From: Candidatus Terrybacteria bacterium RIFCSPHIGHO2_01_FULL_48_17
Lineage (GTDB): Bacteria; Patescibacteriota; Minisyncoccia; Terrybacterales; 2-01-FULL-58-14
Direction: 5' to 3'
Assembly: GCA_001822835.1 (NCBI GenBank)
Contig: MHSS01000001.1
Span: forward strand, 37,297-77,293
Length of the DNA: 39,997 nt
Below are positions 17,120 through 26,744 of the stretch, one piece after another (within the stretch, counting starts at the first letter, position 1; each line of letters begins with the position of its first letter). A program made the position numbers and the translations under genes. The notes under the pieces were generated by a model. The model did no database searches. It saw only the letters and a program-made list of their open reading frames with translations, and had not been told where the DNA came from.

Positions 17120-19219
17120 TCAAATTTTTTTATTTCGTAACAGTAGGGCATTAACTGCCACAATCACGGTGCTTAGCGACATAAATACGGCGGCAATGGC
17201 AGGACTAAGGATAATTCCCTTAAACGCCAAGGCGCCCGCCGCAAGCGGCATTGCGACCACGTTATAGCCGGTCGCCCAAAAGAGATTTTGGATCATTTTT
17301 GTATACGTCATTCTGGATAACCTTATAATTTTCACAATATCGCGGGGGTCGTTTCGCACAAGAATAATGCCTGCCGATTCGATGGCAACATTTGTTCCTG
17401 CGCCAATTGCTATGCCAAGCTCGGCTTGACTAAGGGCCGGAGCATCATTGATCCCATCGCCGACCATGGCAACTTTGAAGCCGCGGCGTTGAAGTTCTTT
17501 TATCTTTTCCGATTTCTCATGAGGCAAAACGCGAGCGAAATATTCATCGATGCCAAGCTCTTGGCTTACCCATTTTGCAACATCTTCGGAATCACCGGTG
17601 ATCATGGAAGTATTAACCCCCGCCTCTTTGAGGGCAGTAATGGCTTGACGCGATTCCTCACGGATAATGTCTGCAAGCGCAATTGCGCCAATAAGCATTC
17701 TGTCTTTCACCACAAATATGACTGTCTGTCCTGTTTTGCCGGCCTCCTCGATTGTTTTCTGTGTTTGGCCGGAAATCATTACTCCAATACCCTCAAGAAG
17801 CGCCGGTCCGCCAACCATAACTTCCGCATCCTCAAGAAATGCTTTTACACCGCGCCCCTTGAGCGCCTGAAATTTTTTAGGTTCTTTAAGGAGAAGACCG
17901 CGTCCTTTTGCTTCGGCAACAACTGCCTTGGCGATCGGATGTTCTGACAGGGCGTCAACGGAACCGGCCAGCATCAACACGTCGTCGCGGCTCTTGTTGC
18001 CAAACGCCCAAATATTAACAACTCCAAATTCGCCCCGAGTCAGCGTGCCGGTTTTATCGAAGAGTACCGTATCGACCGTCCGTGCTATTTCCAAGGCAAG
18101 GCGTTGCTTTACCAAAAAACCATTTTGCGCCGCTTTCGTCGTTGAAATCGAAGCCACCAAAGGCACGGCAAGACCGAGCGCATGAGGACATGCAATTACG
18201 AGCACGGCTACAAGCCGGGCTGCAGCAAAACCAACTTCGGCGCCGGCCACAAGCCAGGCAATCAGGGTGATAATTCCTCCCCCAACAGCCACAATCGTTA
18301 GGTAAAGCGCTGCTCTGTCCGAAAGAATTTGAAGCCGCGATTTAGAGGCCTGTGCCTCTGCAACTAAGCGCATGACGCCGGCAAGAAATGTTTTCTCCCC
18401 AATGTGTGTAACTTTCACCTTAAGCGCGCCGTCTCCACTGATCGTACCGGCAATAACGGAATCGCCCTCCTTTTTTGAAACGGGCTTTGACTCGCCGGTC
18501 ACCATTGATTCATTCACGTCCGAATCTCCCTCAATAATTAATCCGTCCACAGGAATTTTTGCACCGGGTTTGACCAATACTACATCATTCTCCACAAGAC
18601 CAGCAAGGGGAATAATTTCTGCTTTTCCATTGCGGATTACCTCTGCAGTATCGGGAAGGAGTTTTGATAATTCCTTCAATGCGCCTTGCGCTCCAGAAAC
18701 CGCCCGCATCTCCAGCCAGTGGCCAAACAGCATAATAGTGATAAGTGTCGTGAGCTCCCAGAATAATGCTTCCATGCTGGCAAAAACTGCATAGACACTC
18801 CAAAAATAAGCGGCCGAAATGGCGATACCGATAAGGGTCATCATGCCCGGCAACCGTCCCCTGATTTCGCGCCACGCCCCGGCAAGAAATACCCACCCGC
18901 CATAGAAAAAGACGATCGAACCAAGGATCAAAGGAAGATAATCCGAGCCGGGAAAATCCGGTGGTGACCATTTGAAAATGGTCTTCACAATATCCGCAGA
19001 AAGCACCACCGGAAGAGTAAGGATTAAGCTAACCCAGAACTTTCTGAAAAATATTGAAGTGCTATGTCCGGCATGTTTATCGTGCCTTTCGTGCGTCAAT
19101 GGTTTCTTCTTCGTGGGCACCAACCGCATACCGCACTCAGGACACATGCCGGGTTTATCCTGAATAATTTCCGGATGCATCGGGCAGGTATAAGCTTCGT
19201 GAGAAATTTTGGTATTCAT
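17120..19219 (-). CDS. Heavy-metal (copper-type, CPH motif) translocating P1B ATPase
   Basis: YTCPMHP..CPECGM N-terminal metal-binding domain, TGES, CPHALGLA, DKTGTLT, SEHP, GDGINDAP. Confidence 0.95.
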   Translation of the reverse strand: MNTKISHEAYTCPMHPEIIQDKPGMCPECGMRLVPTKKKPLTHERHDKHAGHSTSIFFRKFWVSLILTLPVVLSADIVKTIFKWSPPDFPGSDYLPLILGSIVFFYGGWVFLAGAWREIRGRLPGMMTLIGIAISAAYFWSVYAVFASMEALFWELTTLITIMLFGHWLEMRAVSGAQGALKELSKLLPDTAEVIRNGKAEIIPLAGLVENDVVLVKPGAKIPVDGLIIEGDSDVNESMVTGESKPVSKKEGDSVIAGTISGDGALKVKVTHIGEKTFLAGVMRLVAEAQASKSRLQILSDRAALYLTIVAVGGGIITLIAWLVAGAEVGFAAARLVAVLVIACPHALGLAVPLVASISTTKAAQNGFLVKQRLALEIARTVDTVLFDKTGTLTRGEFGVVNIWAFGNKSRDDVLMLAGSVDALSEHPIAKAVVAEAKGRGLLLKEPKKFQALKGRGVKAFLEDAEVMVGGPALLEGIGVMISGQTQKTIEEAGKTGQTVIFVVKDRMLIGAIALADIIREESRQAITALKEAGVNTSMITGDSEDVAKWVSQELGIDEYFARVLPHEKSEKIKELQRRGFKVAMVGDGINDAPALSQAELGIAIGAGTNVAIESAGIILVRNDPRDIVKIIRLSRMTYTKMIQNLFWATGYNVVAMPLAAGALAFKGIILSPAIAAVFMSLSTVIVAVNALLLRNKKI

Positions 19220-19235
19220 AGATCAGTCCCTATGT

Positions 19236-19697
19236 TTATTCGATATTCCATTTAAATGAACGCTCGAGGATTCCACCTACGCCTTTGATTTTTAATTCAA
19301 CAAAGGATGGTATTGGGTTGATGGGATCAAACACTAACACTCCTTCACGATGATGACCTCCTGCTCCAGGCCCCTCCCATGCAATCGGCTGGTATATATT
19401 GCCTTTGTCATCTATGAGTGTCGCTACGACAAGAGGATCGTCATCTAAACTTCCGGAGTGGGCATCAAAGGCAACATCAAACTTCCACAAAGGGATATCC
19501 TTACCCAATTTAAGCGGAGTCACCGTAATTGTTACTGGCGGCTGTTCGTCGGTTTTCGTTTCCCATTGCGGTTGAGTGGTTTGTTCTTGATTGATAGATG
19601 CACTCTCATCTTTCTTGGGGTTTTTTGGAACAACCAAGAAAATGTACATTAAAAACACGACTGTCAGGCCAATTATTATAAAGCGTAAATATTTCAT
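19236..19697 (-). CDS. Hypothetical exported/membrane-anchored protein in the metal operon
   Basis: N-terminal hydrophobic segment; His motifs (DAHSG, GGHHREG). Confidence 0.7.
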   Translation of the reverse strand: MKYLRFIIIGLTVVFLMYIFLVVPKNPKKDESASINQEQTTQPQWETKTDEQPPVTITVTPLKLGKDIPLWKFDVAFDAHSGSLDDDPLVVATLIDDKGNIYQPIAWEGPGAGGHHREGVLVFDPINPIPSFVELKIKGVGGILERSFKWNIE

Positions 19698-19703
19698 ATT
19701 CTT

Positions 19704-20141
19704 TTACCGTAATAGTTTAGCGACCCTATTCGCCATAAAACCAATACCGCCAAGGTTAAACAGTAATCCAACCCAAAACAACTCAACCTGATACTGTGAG
19801 ACAAATGTCACAATACCTACAACACCAAGAATAGGAAGGAAATTCGCTAGATAGTGAGTACAGCATGAAATCATTGCGGCGGTGGATGTGGTTCCGGTAA
19901 CCCCCAAAACCGCACCTTCGCCGCGAGCCCCCTTAAGGAGAGCTTTTAGATAAACGTAAAGCCCAATCTGAATTCCAAAGCCAATTGCTAAACTTACAAT
20001 AAAATACCAAAAAGTTGAAAATTGGCTTTGGGCAAAATTCAAACCCGAAACTAAGGCAAGGATGACAAAATAAGCCCCGAGCAAGAGTCCGCTTGCCAAG
20101 ATGCCGTATAAAATAGGCCTTACGAGCATTCTCCCACGCAT
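19704..20141 (-). CDS. Hypothetical membrane protein with SCCTH motif
   Basis: About four hydrophobic segments; located between the repressor and ATPase genes. Confidence 0.7.
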   Translation of the reverse strand: MRGRMLVRPILYGILASGLLLGAYFVILALVSGLNFAQSQFSTFWYFIVSLAIGFGIQIGLYVYLKALLKGARGEGAVLGVTGTTSTAAMISCCTHYLANFLPILGVVGIVTFVSQYQVELFWVGLLFNLGGIGFMANRVAKLLR

Positions 20142-20192
20142 GATTCAGCAATGTTATCCAGATATAATCAAAAATGAATTGCTGCACCTATA

Positions 20193-20465
20193 TTATCTAG
20201 TGGACAACGTATAAACCCTAATCAATTCTTTGATGGCCTTTTCTTCTTTATCTCTTCCCCTCATCTGGCGCTTCACGTGGGTCCTTAAGTGATTTTCTAG
20301 AAGAAAAGCGTCAAGGCTTTTCAGCGATTTTTGAACGGAAAGCGATTGCCCCAAGAGCTCCGGACAATAAACCTCTTTTTCGATTGCCTTAATAAGGCCA
20401 TCGATCTGGCCCCGAATGATTTTCGCGCGATGGATTGATCTCCTTTTTAGCTTTTGATCCAACAT
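20193..20465 (-). CDS. CsoR/RcnR-family metal-sensing repressor
   Basis: RAKIIRGQIDGL..YCPELL..ENHLRTH; 90 aa; first gene of the operon. Confidence 0.88.
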   Translation of the reverse strand: MLDQKLKRRSIHRAKIIRGQIDGLIKAIEKEVYCPELLGQSLSVQKSLKSLDAFLLENHLRTHVKRQMRGRDKEEKAIKELIRVYTLSTR

Positions 20466-20504
20466 GGCAAATAAGCATTTATAGAGTGCGCGACCTGTTT
20501 CTAC

Positions 20505-20532
20505 ACCTTATACCCCTCCCCCCTATTTGCAA
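20505..20532 (-). promoter_or_regulatory. Putative promoter with CsoR/RcnR-type operator in the spacer
   Basis: ATA-CCCCTCCCCCC-TAT (20510-20526) between TTGCAA and TAAGGT (minus strand). Confidence 0.6.
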
Positions 20533-20589
20533 GAGGGCTTGTGGATAGTTTGTATTCCCCCCATATCCATACCGTGATTTTCCTTACGA

Positions 20590-20619
20590 AAACAGCAGCG
20601 CATATGCGCTGCTATTTTT
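20590..20619 (-). terminator. Terminator-like hairpin
   Basis: GCAGCGCA/TGCGCTGC stem with flanking A and T tracts. Confidence 0.6.
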
Positions 20620-20670
20620 AACTTATTATGAAGAAAGCCCTTGGCGCCGCCCCGCTTAGGGGACATGGGT

Positions 20671-20865
20671 TTAACTTTTCCTCTTACTAAAAATAAAAAT
20701 ATAGAGAATATCCACCACCCCAAGCGTCTGCAACACTAAAAGCACGATAAACCATCCTCTATCGTTACGCGTGGCTGCCCTCCATAAGGCCCATCCTTTC
20801 CAAGGGATAGCCCATAACATAAGCGGAATTAAAACCCACAAATTGTGTTGGAAAAACTGTTCCAT
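20671..20865 (-). CDS. DUF5652-like small membrane protein
   Basis: WAIPWKGWALWRAA..WFIVLLVLQTLGVVDILYIF. Confidence 0.75.
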   Translation of the reverse strand: MEQFFQHNLWVLIPLMLWAIPWKGWALWRAATRNDRGWFIVLLVLQTLGVVDILYIFIFSKRKS

Positions 20866-20972
20866 GCAATTTTGAGATAGTTGGCTTTACTCTTTTGCAG
20901 TAAATTTTTTATTTATCTAATTTTCCATTTGGTTATTCGACTCTCTCGATCCTCGATAAAAAATGTTGTGTG

Positions 20973-21059
20973 CGGTGGGGGTGGGATTCGAACCCACGGT
21001 ACCCGCAAAGGTACACCTGATTTCGAGTCAGGCCCGTTCGTCCACTCCGGCACCCCACC
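20973..21059 (-). tRNA. tRNA-Ser(CGA)
   Basis: GGTGGGG/CCCCACC; CCTGA-CT CGA AA-TCAGG; long variable arm. Confidence 0.95.
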
Positions 21060-21098
21060 GTCTAACCACGATTACCATATCAGAAATTATTCCAAGAG

Positions 21099-21129
21099 AA
21101 AAGCCGGCGCTCAAAGAGAACCGGCTTTT
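21099..21129 (-). terminator. Terminator-like hairpin
   Basis: AAAAGCCGG/CCGGCTTTT downstream of the small ORF. Confidence 0.6.
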
Positions 21130-21148
21130 CAGCAAATGCAAAATAGGG

Positions 21149-21304
21149 TTATTTCTTTTTACCCATGATGCGATACATGGACGTGCCGCATACGGGACAC
21201 TTGCCCTTCATGGCATACCGTCCGCCTTTCATGTCCACTTCCGCGGCATCGTTCATAGTACGCTTTTGTTTGCATTTGACGCAATATGCTTCGACGTCTG
21301 CCAT
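21149..21304 (-). CDS. Small zinc-ribbon protein (DUF5679-like), 51 aa, not in the ORF track
   Basis: Manual translation MADVEAYCVKCKQKRTMNDAAEVDMKGGRYAMKGKCPVCGTSMYRIMGKKK; two CxxC. Confidence 0.85.
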   Translation of the reverse strand: MADVEAYCVKCKQKRTMNDAAEVDMKGGRYAMKGKCPVCGTSMYRIMGKKK

Positions 21305-21569
21305 ATATTAATAGTATACCTGTTAAGGAAAGGCGGCACAAACCAATTGTGGAAGCATTTTTTCATTGTGCGGTAACGGTTTTGGACGCTCTTATAGCCA
21401 TAAGCAATTTTCACCGTTCCTCTCCTTGGTATAAAACCCGGTAAATTATCCCACCCTAGCAACGAAAATATATCTATAATGCAAGAAAAAATATCTTCTT
21501 GTGTTCATCCGTTTGGTGTACGATACAAACCTCTTCGAAAAACACTGCAGTTTATGATAGAATAACAAT

Positions 21570-22784
21570 ATGAAGCTTTTCACCAACCGATATTCCTTGA
21601 GAATATTCGCCGTCCTCGGCATGTTGCTGGCTATGGGTGTGCTTACCTATCTTGTATTTCTGCCAAACCAAAAAGTTACCATCGTATATAACGAGTCCAC
21701 CTTTATTGGCGATGAAATCGTGGTGCAATTCCCCCGATGGGCCACCGAGAAAGCTGCCGTTTCCGCATTTCACATTGCGCCTACAACCCGAGGACAAATG
21801 GTATGGCTTGATGATACGAAAGAACTTCATTTTGTACCGGAAGCTGGCTTCGACCCCACAATCTCCTATCGCATCACGGTAACGCTCAAGCACCCGCTTG
21901 TGGCGGCAGCAACGCTCGCGCAAAAAACCTATACCGTAACGGCGCCCGCCGCAAAAAACGAAACGTATTATCCTCCTGCAATCACTGAAGGGAAATATAT
22001 TGATGTAAATCTTGAAACCATGAAATTAACGCTTGTGGAAAACGGGAAAACGCATAAGGCATTCCCCATGGCCGGCAAAGGAAATCCGTGGCGTACCCCT
22101 ACGCGCCAAGGCACGTTTACTATCAGGTCAAAAGAGAACCTCCATTGGTCAACCATTTACAAACTCTGGATGCCATACGCCATGAATTATTCCGGCGATT
22201 ATTTCCTTCACGGCATGCCATATTGGCCCAATGGTGCACGGCTTACCAGCATCTATTCGGGAGGGTGCGTCCGTTTATTTGATGACGTCGCGAAAGCGGT
22301 ATTTGAATGGTCGGAAATTGGGACAAAAGTCGTGGTTCATTCAACCCCACAAGCGTCGTTGGTTGCGCCTACTCATCTTGAAGACGGAGATCTTGTTCGC
22401 GAACTTGGGGACCCACGCGTATATCTTGTCAAACAAGTTGACGCGAAACGTTTCAAGCGTCATATTCTGACTGACAAAATGCAAGAATGGTATCCGCACC
22501 TTAAGCCCTTCTTCCCTAAAGTAAAGATTGTACCGCAGGGTATGCTTGCCGATTATATTGAGTCGCGCTGGGTTCGCACGGATCAAACCGATGCCGCTAT
22601 TTATGAAATAATTGCTGACGGCACAAAGCATCCCATGACGTGCGGCAACACTACTAATTGCAATGGCGCATGGACTGCATATGGCTGGGATGCGGAAGAA
22701 ATTTATACTGTCAACGAGCGGGAGCTTAATTTCTATAAAACGGGTCATGTTGTTGAGCTTGAACGTGCGTCGCTTGCGCCTTAA
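21570..22784 (+). CDS. L,D-transpeptidase (YkuD) family protein with N-terminal anchor and Ig-like region
   Basis: YIDVNL, TPTRQGTF, WMPYAM, FLHG..SGGCVRL, GTKVVV. Confidence 0.85.
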   Translation: MKLFTNRYSLRIFAVLGMLLAMGVLTYLVFLPNQKVTIVYNESTFIGDEIVVQFPRWATEKAAVSAFHIAPTTRGQMVWLDDTKELHFVPEAGFDPTISYRITVTLKHPLVAAATLAQKTYTVTAPAAKNETYYPPAITEGKYIDVNLETMKLTLVENGKTHKAFPMAGKGNPWRTPTRQGTFTIRSKENLHWSTIYKLWMPYAMNYSGDYFLHGMPYWPNGARLTSIYSGGCVRLFDDVAKAVFEWSEIGTKVVVHSTPQASLVAPTHLEDGDLVRELGDPRVYLVKQVDAKRFKRHILTDKMQEWYPHLKPFFPKVKIVPQGMLADYIESRWVRTDQTDAAIYEIIADGTKHPMTCGNTTNCNGAWTAYGWDAEEIYTVNERELNFYKTGHVVELERASLAP

Positions 22785-22804
22785 ACATATTATTGTGCTG
22801 CGCC

Positions 22805-22837
22805 AAAACACCGCTTCGCTGAAGGAAGCGGTGTTTT
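22805..22837. terminator. Bidirectional terminator
   Basis: AAAACACCGCTTC/GAAGCGGTGTTTT between convergent genes. Confidence 0.8.
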
Positions 22838-22855
22838 TAAAAAAACAAGAAACAT

Positions 22856-23662
22856 TTACACAAGCGTAAAATCTTCAGCTTTTTGTCTTATAAAGCCCTC
22901 TGTCGCAAGAGCTTTGAGAATAGGCTTAAGTTCCCCTATCGGTTTTTGAAACCGGTGAGCAAGGGTTTTAGCGGACAGCTTTTGTTCTATGATAAAGAGC
23001 TTTAAAATTTTCCCGCGAAGTTGTCTGCGCGAGCCCATAAAGGGTGTTTGTTTCCTATAATGTAAACTCCGACGATTCGGATTTTGAGAAGACCGAACGG
23101 CAAGCATTGCACCGTAATCCATAAGCGCCCAAAACCATTCGCGTGGATATCGCATATCTATGGTACGGGCAACAAGTTTTAAGATATCGGCATCTTGTAC
23201 CTTGCGTTTTTGCGGAAAGAAAAAGTGAATATAGACGCGTCTGATATTGGTTTCAATAAACGGAACGGGTTTATTGAACGCAAACGCGCATATGGCTCCT
23301 GCCGTTGCATTACCTACGCCAGGAAGCGCGACCAATTGTTCGAGATCTTGGGGCAGCCGACCCTTATAATCACGCACGACAATTACGGCAAGGCGTTTTA
23401 GCGCGAGCGCCCGGCGGTTATAGCCCATACCCTGCCATACACGAAACACCTGAGAAAGGCGCGCGTGCGCAAGTGTTTTGAAGTTTGGGAAACGCGTGAG
23501 AAACTCGCCGTATTTTTGTATCACCCGCTGTGTTTGCGTCTGCTGAAGCATCACCTCCGAAACCAGGATATGGTAAGGATCTTTTGTCCTCCGCCATGGA
23601 AAATCGCGCCGATAAGCGCGGAAGTGCCTCCAAATTACCTTTCGAAATAAAGCATCAGACAT
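22856..23662 (-). CDS. mutY: A/G-specific adenine glycosylase (MutY-like, short)
   Basis: RDFPWR, VSEVMLQQT, WQGMGYNRRA, LPGVG HhH motif; start ATG 23662. Confidence 0.85.
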   Translation of the reverse strand: MSDALFRKVIWRHFRAYRRDFPWRRTKDPYHILVSEVMLQQTQTQRVIQKYGEFLTRFPNFKTLAHARLSQVFRVWQGMGYNRRALALKRLAVIVVRDYKGRLPQDLEQLVALPGVGNATAGAICAFAFNKPVPFIETNIRRVYIHFFFPQKRKVQDADILKLVARTIDMRYPREWFWALMDYGAMLAVRSSQNPNRRSLHYRKQTPFMGSRRQLRGKILKLFIIEQKLSAKTLAHRFQKPIGELKPILKALATEGFIRQKAEDFTLV

Positions 23663-24425
23663 AAGAACCGCACACAGCATAATTCGACAAAGTGATATGA
23701 TGACGCTCAACTGCCGCCCTTGCCTTTGGGGAACAAAGTATTTCAAGTTCATTGAGACGCTCTTGATTATAGGAATCCTCTAATTGCTGGCTGACAAAAC
23801 CGGGGTGTGCCGAAATTTCATTAATTCCATCGGGAAGATCTTCCAGCAACTGTTCAAGATCGCGCAGCACAAGATGACCTCCGTGAAATAAATCGTACCA
23901 TCGATGCGGGCATTTTGATTTTTCCGACAGAGGAGAAGTTAGCTCATTTACGCGCTTAAAACGAAAAACAATACGTGCTTTTTGAGCAAAAGCGATAAAG
24001 ACGTCAAGCACCTCTGGGATAAAATGCAAGCCAAAATGATAACTCACGTGGTTTGGCAAAACCCCTACCATTCCATAAAACAGTTCGGTCTGTCGTTCAA
24101 ACTCATACGAAACGGCCGCAAGCACATCTGGTGAAAGACGCTCATTGATCTTTCCTAGTTCTTCTCGCTCGTATAGCACCTGCCGGAGCAGGCCATGCGG
24201 GCCGAAAAGGTCGCCGGCATCCGCAAACTCCCCCGAAAAAAGATTCAAATGTAACCCCACAGGCAAACCGTGTTTTTGTGCAAGCCGTGCGGCGTCTTTG
24301 CTTGCCATCTCATTTACGATCATGCTGGCGTTTGTTACGATTCCATTCTCAAAACAATGCACGATGCCTTGGTTTATCTCGACAGAAAACCCATAATCAT
24401 CAGCGTTTACAATAAGATGCTTCAT
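23655..24425 (-). CDS. ChbG/HpnK/YdjC-family deacetylase
   Basis: LIVNADDYG, VGLHLNL, EISAHPG motifs. Confidence 0.88.
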   Translation of the reverse strand: MKHLIVNADDYGFSVEINQGIVHCFENGIVTNASMIVNEMASKDAARLAQKHGLPVGLHLNLFSGEFADAGDLFGPHGLLRQVLYEREELGKINERLSPDVLAAVSYEFERQTELFYGMVGVLPNHVSYHFGLHFIPEVLDVFIAFAQKARIVFRFKRVNELTSPLSEKSKCPHRWYDLFHGGHLVLRDLEQLLEDLPDGINEISAHPGFVSQQLEDSYNQERLNELEILCSPKARAAVERHHITLSNYAVCGSYV

Positions 24426-24835
24426 AAAGTTGGGCTGATGAAAGAATATACAACTTTTCGGGTTCGGGGGCCGCTGAACTCCACAAGCACTATACGTTGC
24501 CACGTGCCAAGCATAAACTTTCCATTCTCAAACGGCACATTTAATGAGGTTCCGATGAGTGCTGATAAAAAATGGTTCGGCATATGAGACGGATCGTGTG
24601 GATGTCGCCATGCCACCTCCGGCACCAATCGTTCAAAGCCATCTAATAAATCAAGATCGGTTCCGGGATCAAGGTCTGCGGTAGTCAAAGCCGCGGTTGT
24701 ATGGAGCAAGAAAAGATGCGCCACTCCACGTATAGTTTTTTTTGGGAGCAATTCCTCAAGCGTATCAGTAATATCAACTATTTCTTTTTCTTTTGTAGTG
24801 TGAACTAATAATTGACTCTCCGACGTATTGCGCAT
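24422..24835 (-). CDS. YjbQ/UPF0047 family protein
   Basis: LHTTAAL, LGTWQRIVLVEFSGPRTR. Confidence 0.88.
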   Translation of the reverse strand: MRNTSESQLLVHTTKEKEIVDITDTLEELLPKKTIRGVAHLFLLHTTAALTTADLDPGTDLDLLDGFERLVPEVAWRHPHDPSHMPNHFLSALIGTSLNVPFENGKFMLGTWQRIVLVEFSGPRTRKVVYSFISPTL

Positions 24836-24882
24836 GGCTTCTAATAAAAAACGATAACATTTCGAGAAGCAACTTATTTTTC

Positions 24883-25791
24883 TTAGAATGTCGGGAGTGA
24901 ACTGCTTTCTTTTTCATGCAATTTTTCATTCAAGCCAAACCAAAAAAAGAACCAAAACATTCCCAATAGAAGCCCCCCCACCACATCGGAAAACCAATGA
25001 ACGGAAAGAATAATCCTACTTACCACAACAAATGCAATAACCGTACTGGCCATAACCCATATATATCTTCGGCGTGTTTCAGAAGCGGTAAGGATATACG
25101 CCACAATAAGCCATAACACGGTCCCCAAAAATACGTGGCCGCTGGGAAAGCTTGAACCATATGCCTGGACCCATTCCACGGCCTCCGGCCGAGGACGGGA
25201 AAAAAGAAATTTCAGCAACAGCACAATGAGTTCACCCCCCAACAACCCTCCCGCCAAAAGAGTAAAATGTTTATAGTGTTGTCGCACTAAAAGTATAAGC
25301 GACATGAGTCCCCCTACACCCACAATGACTTGCCATCCGCCAAGCAAGGTTACGATTCTTGCAAATCCGATACCAAATGACGTACGGAAAGGAATGAGGA
25401 ATTCCTGCAAGGTAAAATCAAACAGTAACAAAGGGCGTACTAAAATAAGTCCGGCAATAATAACTGCAGCCGTTGCCGCAAGCAATACCGCTCCGGCCAT
25501 TGTATCCTTAATACGCTTTACCTCGGGGGAAAAATGCGGATGAATAAGGTCGAGCATGCGCTCAAACAGGGAATTAATAACCTCAAGCGCAAGCACAAAC
25601 GTAATTATTAAAACGAGTACAGCTCGCTCAAGTCCGTGCAACGGAAGGATGATCATGGCCGCCAAAACTCCTACGGCAATAAACGCCTCAATTCTGAAAT
25701 TGGGTTCCTTTTGCCATGCATACCAAATACCACGAAACGCATGGACAAAACGTTCTGTAAGCGGCGATTTGCCCTTATAATACGGCTCCAT
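24883..25791 (-). CDS. Diacylglycerol/undecaprenol kinase (DgkA family) fused to a PAP2 phosphatase
   Basis: HAFRGI..EPNFR, EVINSLFE, KDTMAGAVL; then KFLFSRPRP, SFPSGH, SRIILSVHWFSDV. Confidence 0.88.
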   Translation of the reverse strand: MEPYYKGKSPLTERFVHAFRGIWYAWQKEPNFRIEAFIAVGVLAAMIILPLHGLERAVLVLIITFVLALEVINSLFERMLDLIHPHFSPEVKRIKDTMAGAVLLAATAAVIIAGLILVRPLLLFDFTLQEFLIPFRTSFGIGFARIVTLLGGWQVIVGVGGLMSLILLVRQHYKHFTLLAGGLLGGELIVLLLKFLFSRPRPEAVEWVQAYGSSFPSGHVFLGTVLWLIVAYILTASETRRRYIWVMASTVIAFVVVSRIILSVHWFSDVVGGLLLGMFWFFFWFGLNEKLHEKESSSLPTF

Positions 25792-25816
25792 ATTTATTGC
25801 GTTATTTTGTCGAAAG

Positions 25817-26683
25817 CTATCCGGAAACGCAACGGTTAAATTCGGTAACCTCCATATTATACTGCGCAATCATGGCCTGGGTATGTTCAAATAATTGATT
25901 ATATTGGGCAACCAAAACATTGTACTCCTCGGCCTTCTGGTTATACTGCGGATCGTGTTGCGCGCGCATGCGATCAAGCTCCTGTTTGCGTAGCGCAAGC
26001 TCTTGTTCTTGCCGATCGAGTTCCTGGACATTGCCATCTATGCTCTCTTTTAAAGAAACATCAGGCCACACACAGGCAGACGAGGGTTTTGCGAACTCCT
26101 GAACCGCAACCCATGTGGTCTCTCCTTCGAATGTCCCCCGAACAACACCGACGCCAATTTCCGAAAACAGAGGGCTTAATATATTTTCGCGGTGGCCGGG
26201 GCTCGCCATCCATGCCTGCACCAAAACCATATCATCCTCGTAATTACCCAAAGCAAGATTTTCTCCCACTGCGAGAAATTCATATCCCGCGCCCTCAACC
26301 AATTCTTGCACATTCTGGCCTGTGGGTGATTCGTGGGCAAAATATTGACGAGCCAATATATCTTTTGCCTTTGTGAGGGCCGCCGCATTCAATATCTCGT
26401 TTTCTGAAAGTTCTGCCACCCCGTATAATATTCTCTGTCTATTGGTCTCTGCGATAACGCCGTTTGGCGTCAATAATGCATCGGAAGCCGAACCTTGAGA
26501 ACGAAGCGGAGGAGGCAGTGAAAATGTTTTTTCGAGAGGCGTTGCTAATTCCGTCCGAACACTTCGAATGCTATCAAAAATACCTGCAATTTCGCTACGA
26601 TATAATACCGCGACTCCCGCAACCGAAAGAACCAGCATAGCTCCGCCCACCAACCAAAAGAGCTTGCGAGAAATACTATTCAT
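25817..26683 (-). CDS. CAP (SCP) domain protein with TM anchor and C-terminal coiled coil
   Basis: TNRQR, YFAHESP, GENLA, WMASPGHRENIL, EIGVGV; start ATG 26683. Confidence 0.88.
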   Translation of the reverse strand: MNSISRKLFWLVGGAMLVLSVAGVAVLYRSEIAGIFDSIRSVRTELATPLEKTFSLPPPLRSQGSASDALLTPNGVIAETNRQRILYGVAELSENEILNAAALTKAKDILARQYFAHESPTGQNVQELVEGAGYEFLAVGENLALGNYEDDMVLVQAWMASPGHRENILSPLFSEIGVGVVRGTFEGETTWVAVQEFAKPSSACVWPDVSLKESIDGNVQELDRQEQELALRKQELDRMRAQHDPQYNQKAEEYNVLVAQYNQLFEHTQAMIAQYNMEVTEFNRCVSG

Positions 26684-26744
26684 GGTGTTGTATGTCCTAC
26701 TACAAAATCGTACGAGTGGCCTTTCTGCTGGTTTTAAAACATCC

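Noticed and set aside
20540-21460. DnaA-box-like words (TGTGGATAG, TGTGGAAG) suggesting oriC
   Set aside because: Few, mismatched and dispersed; no dnaA or unwinding element nearby
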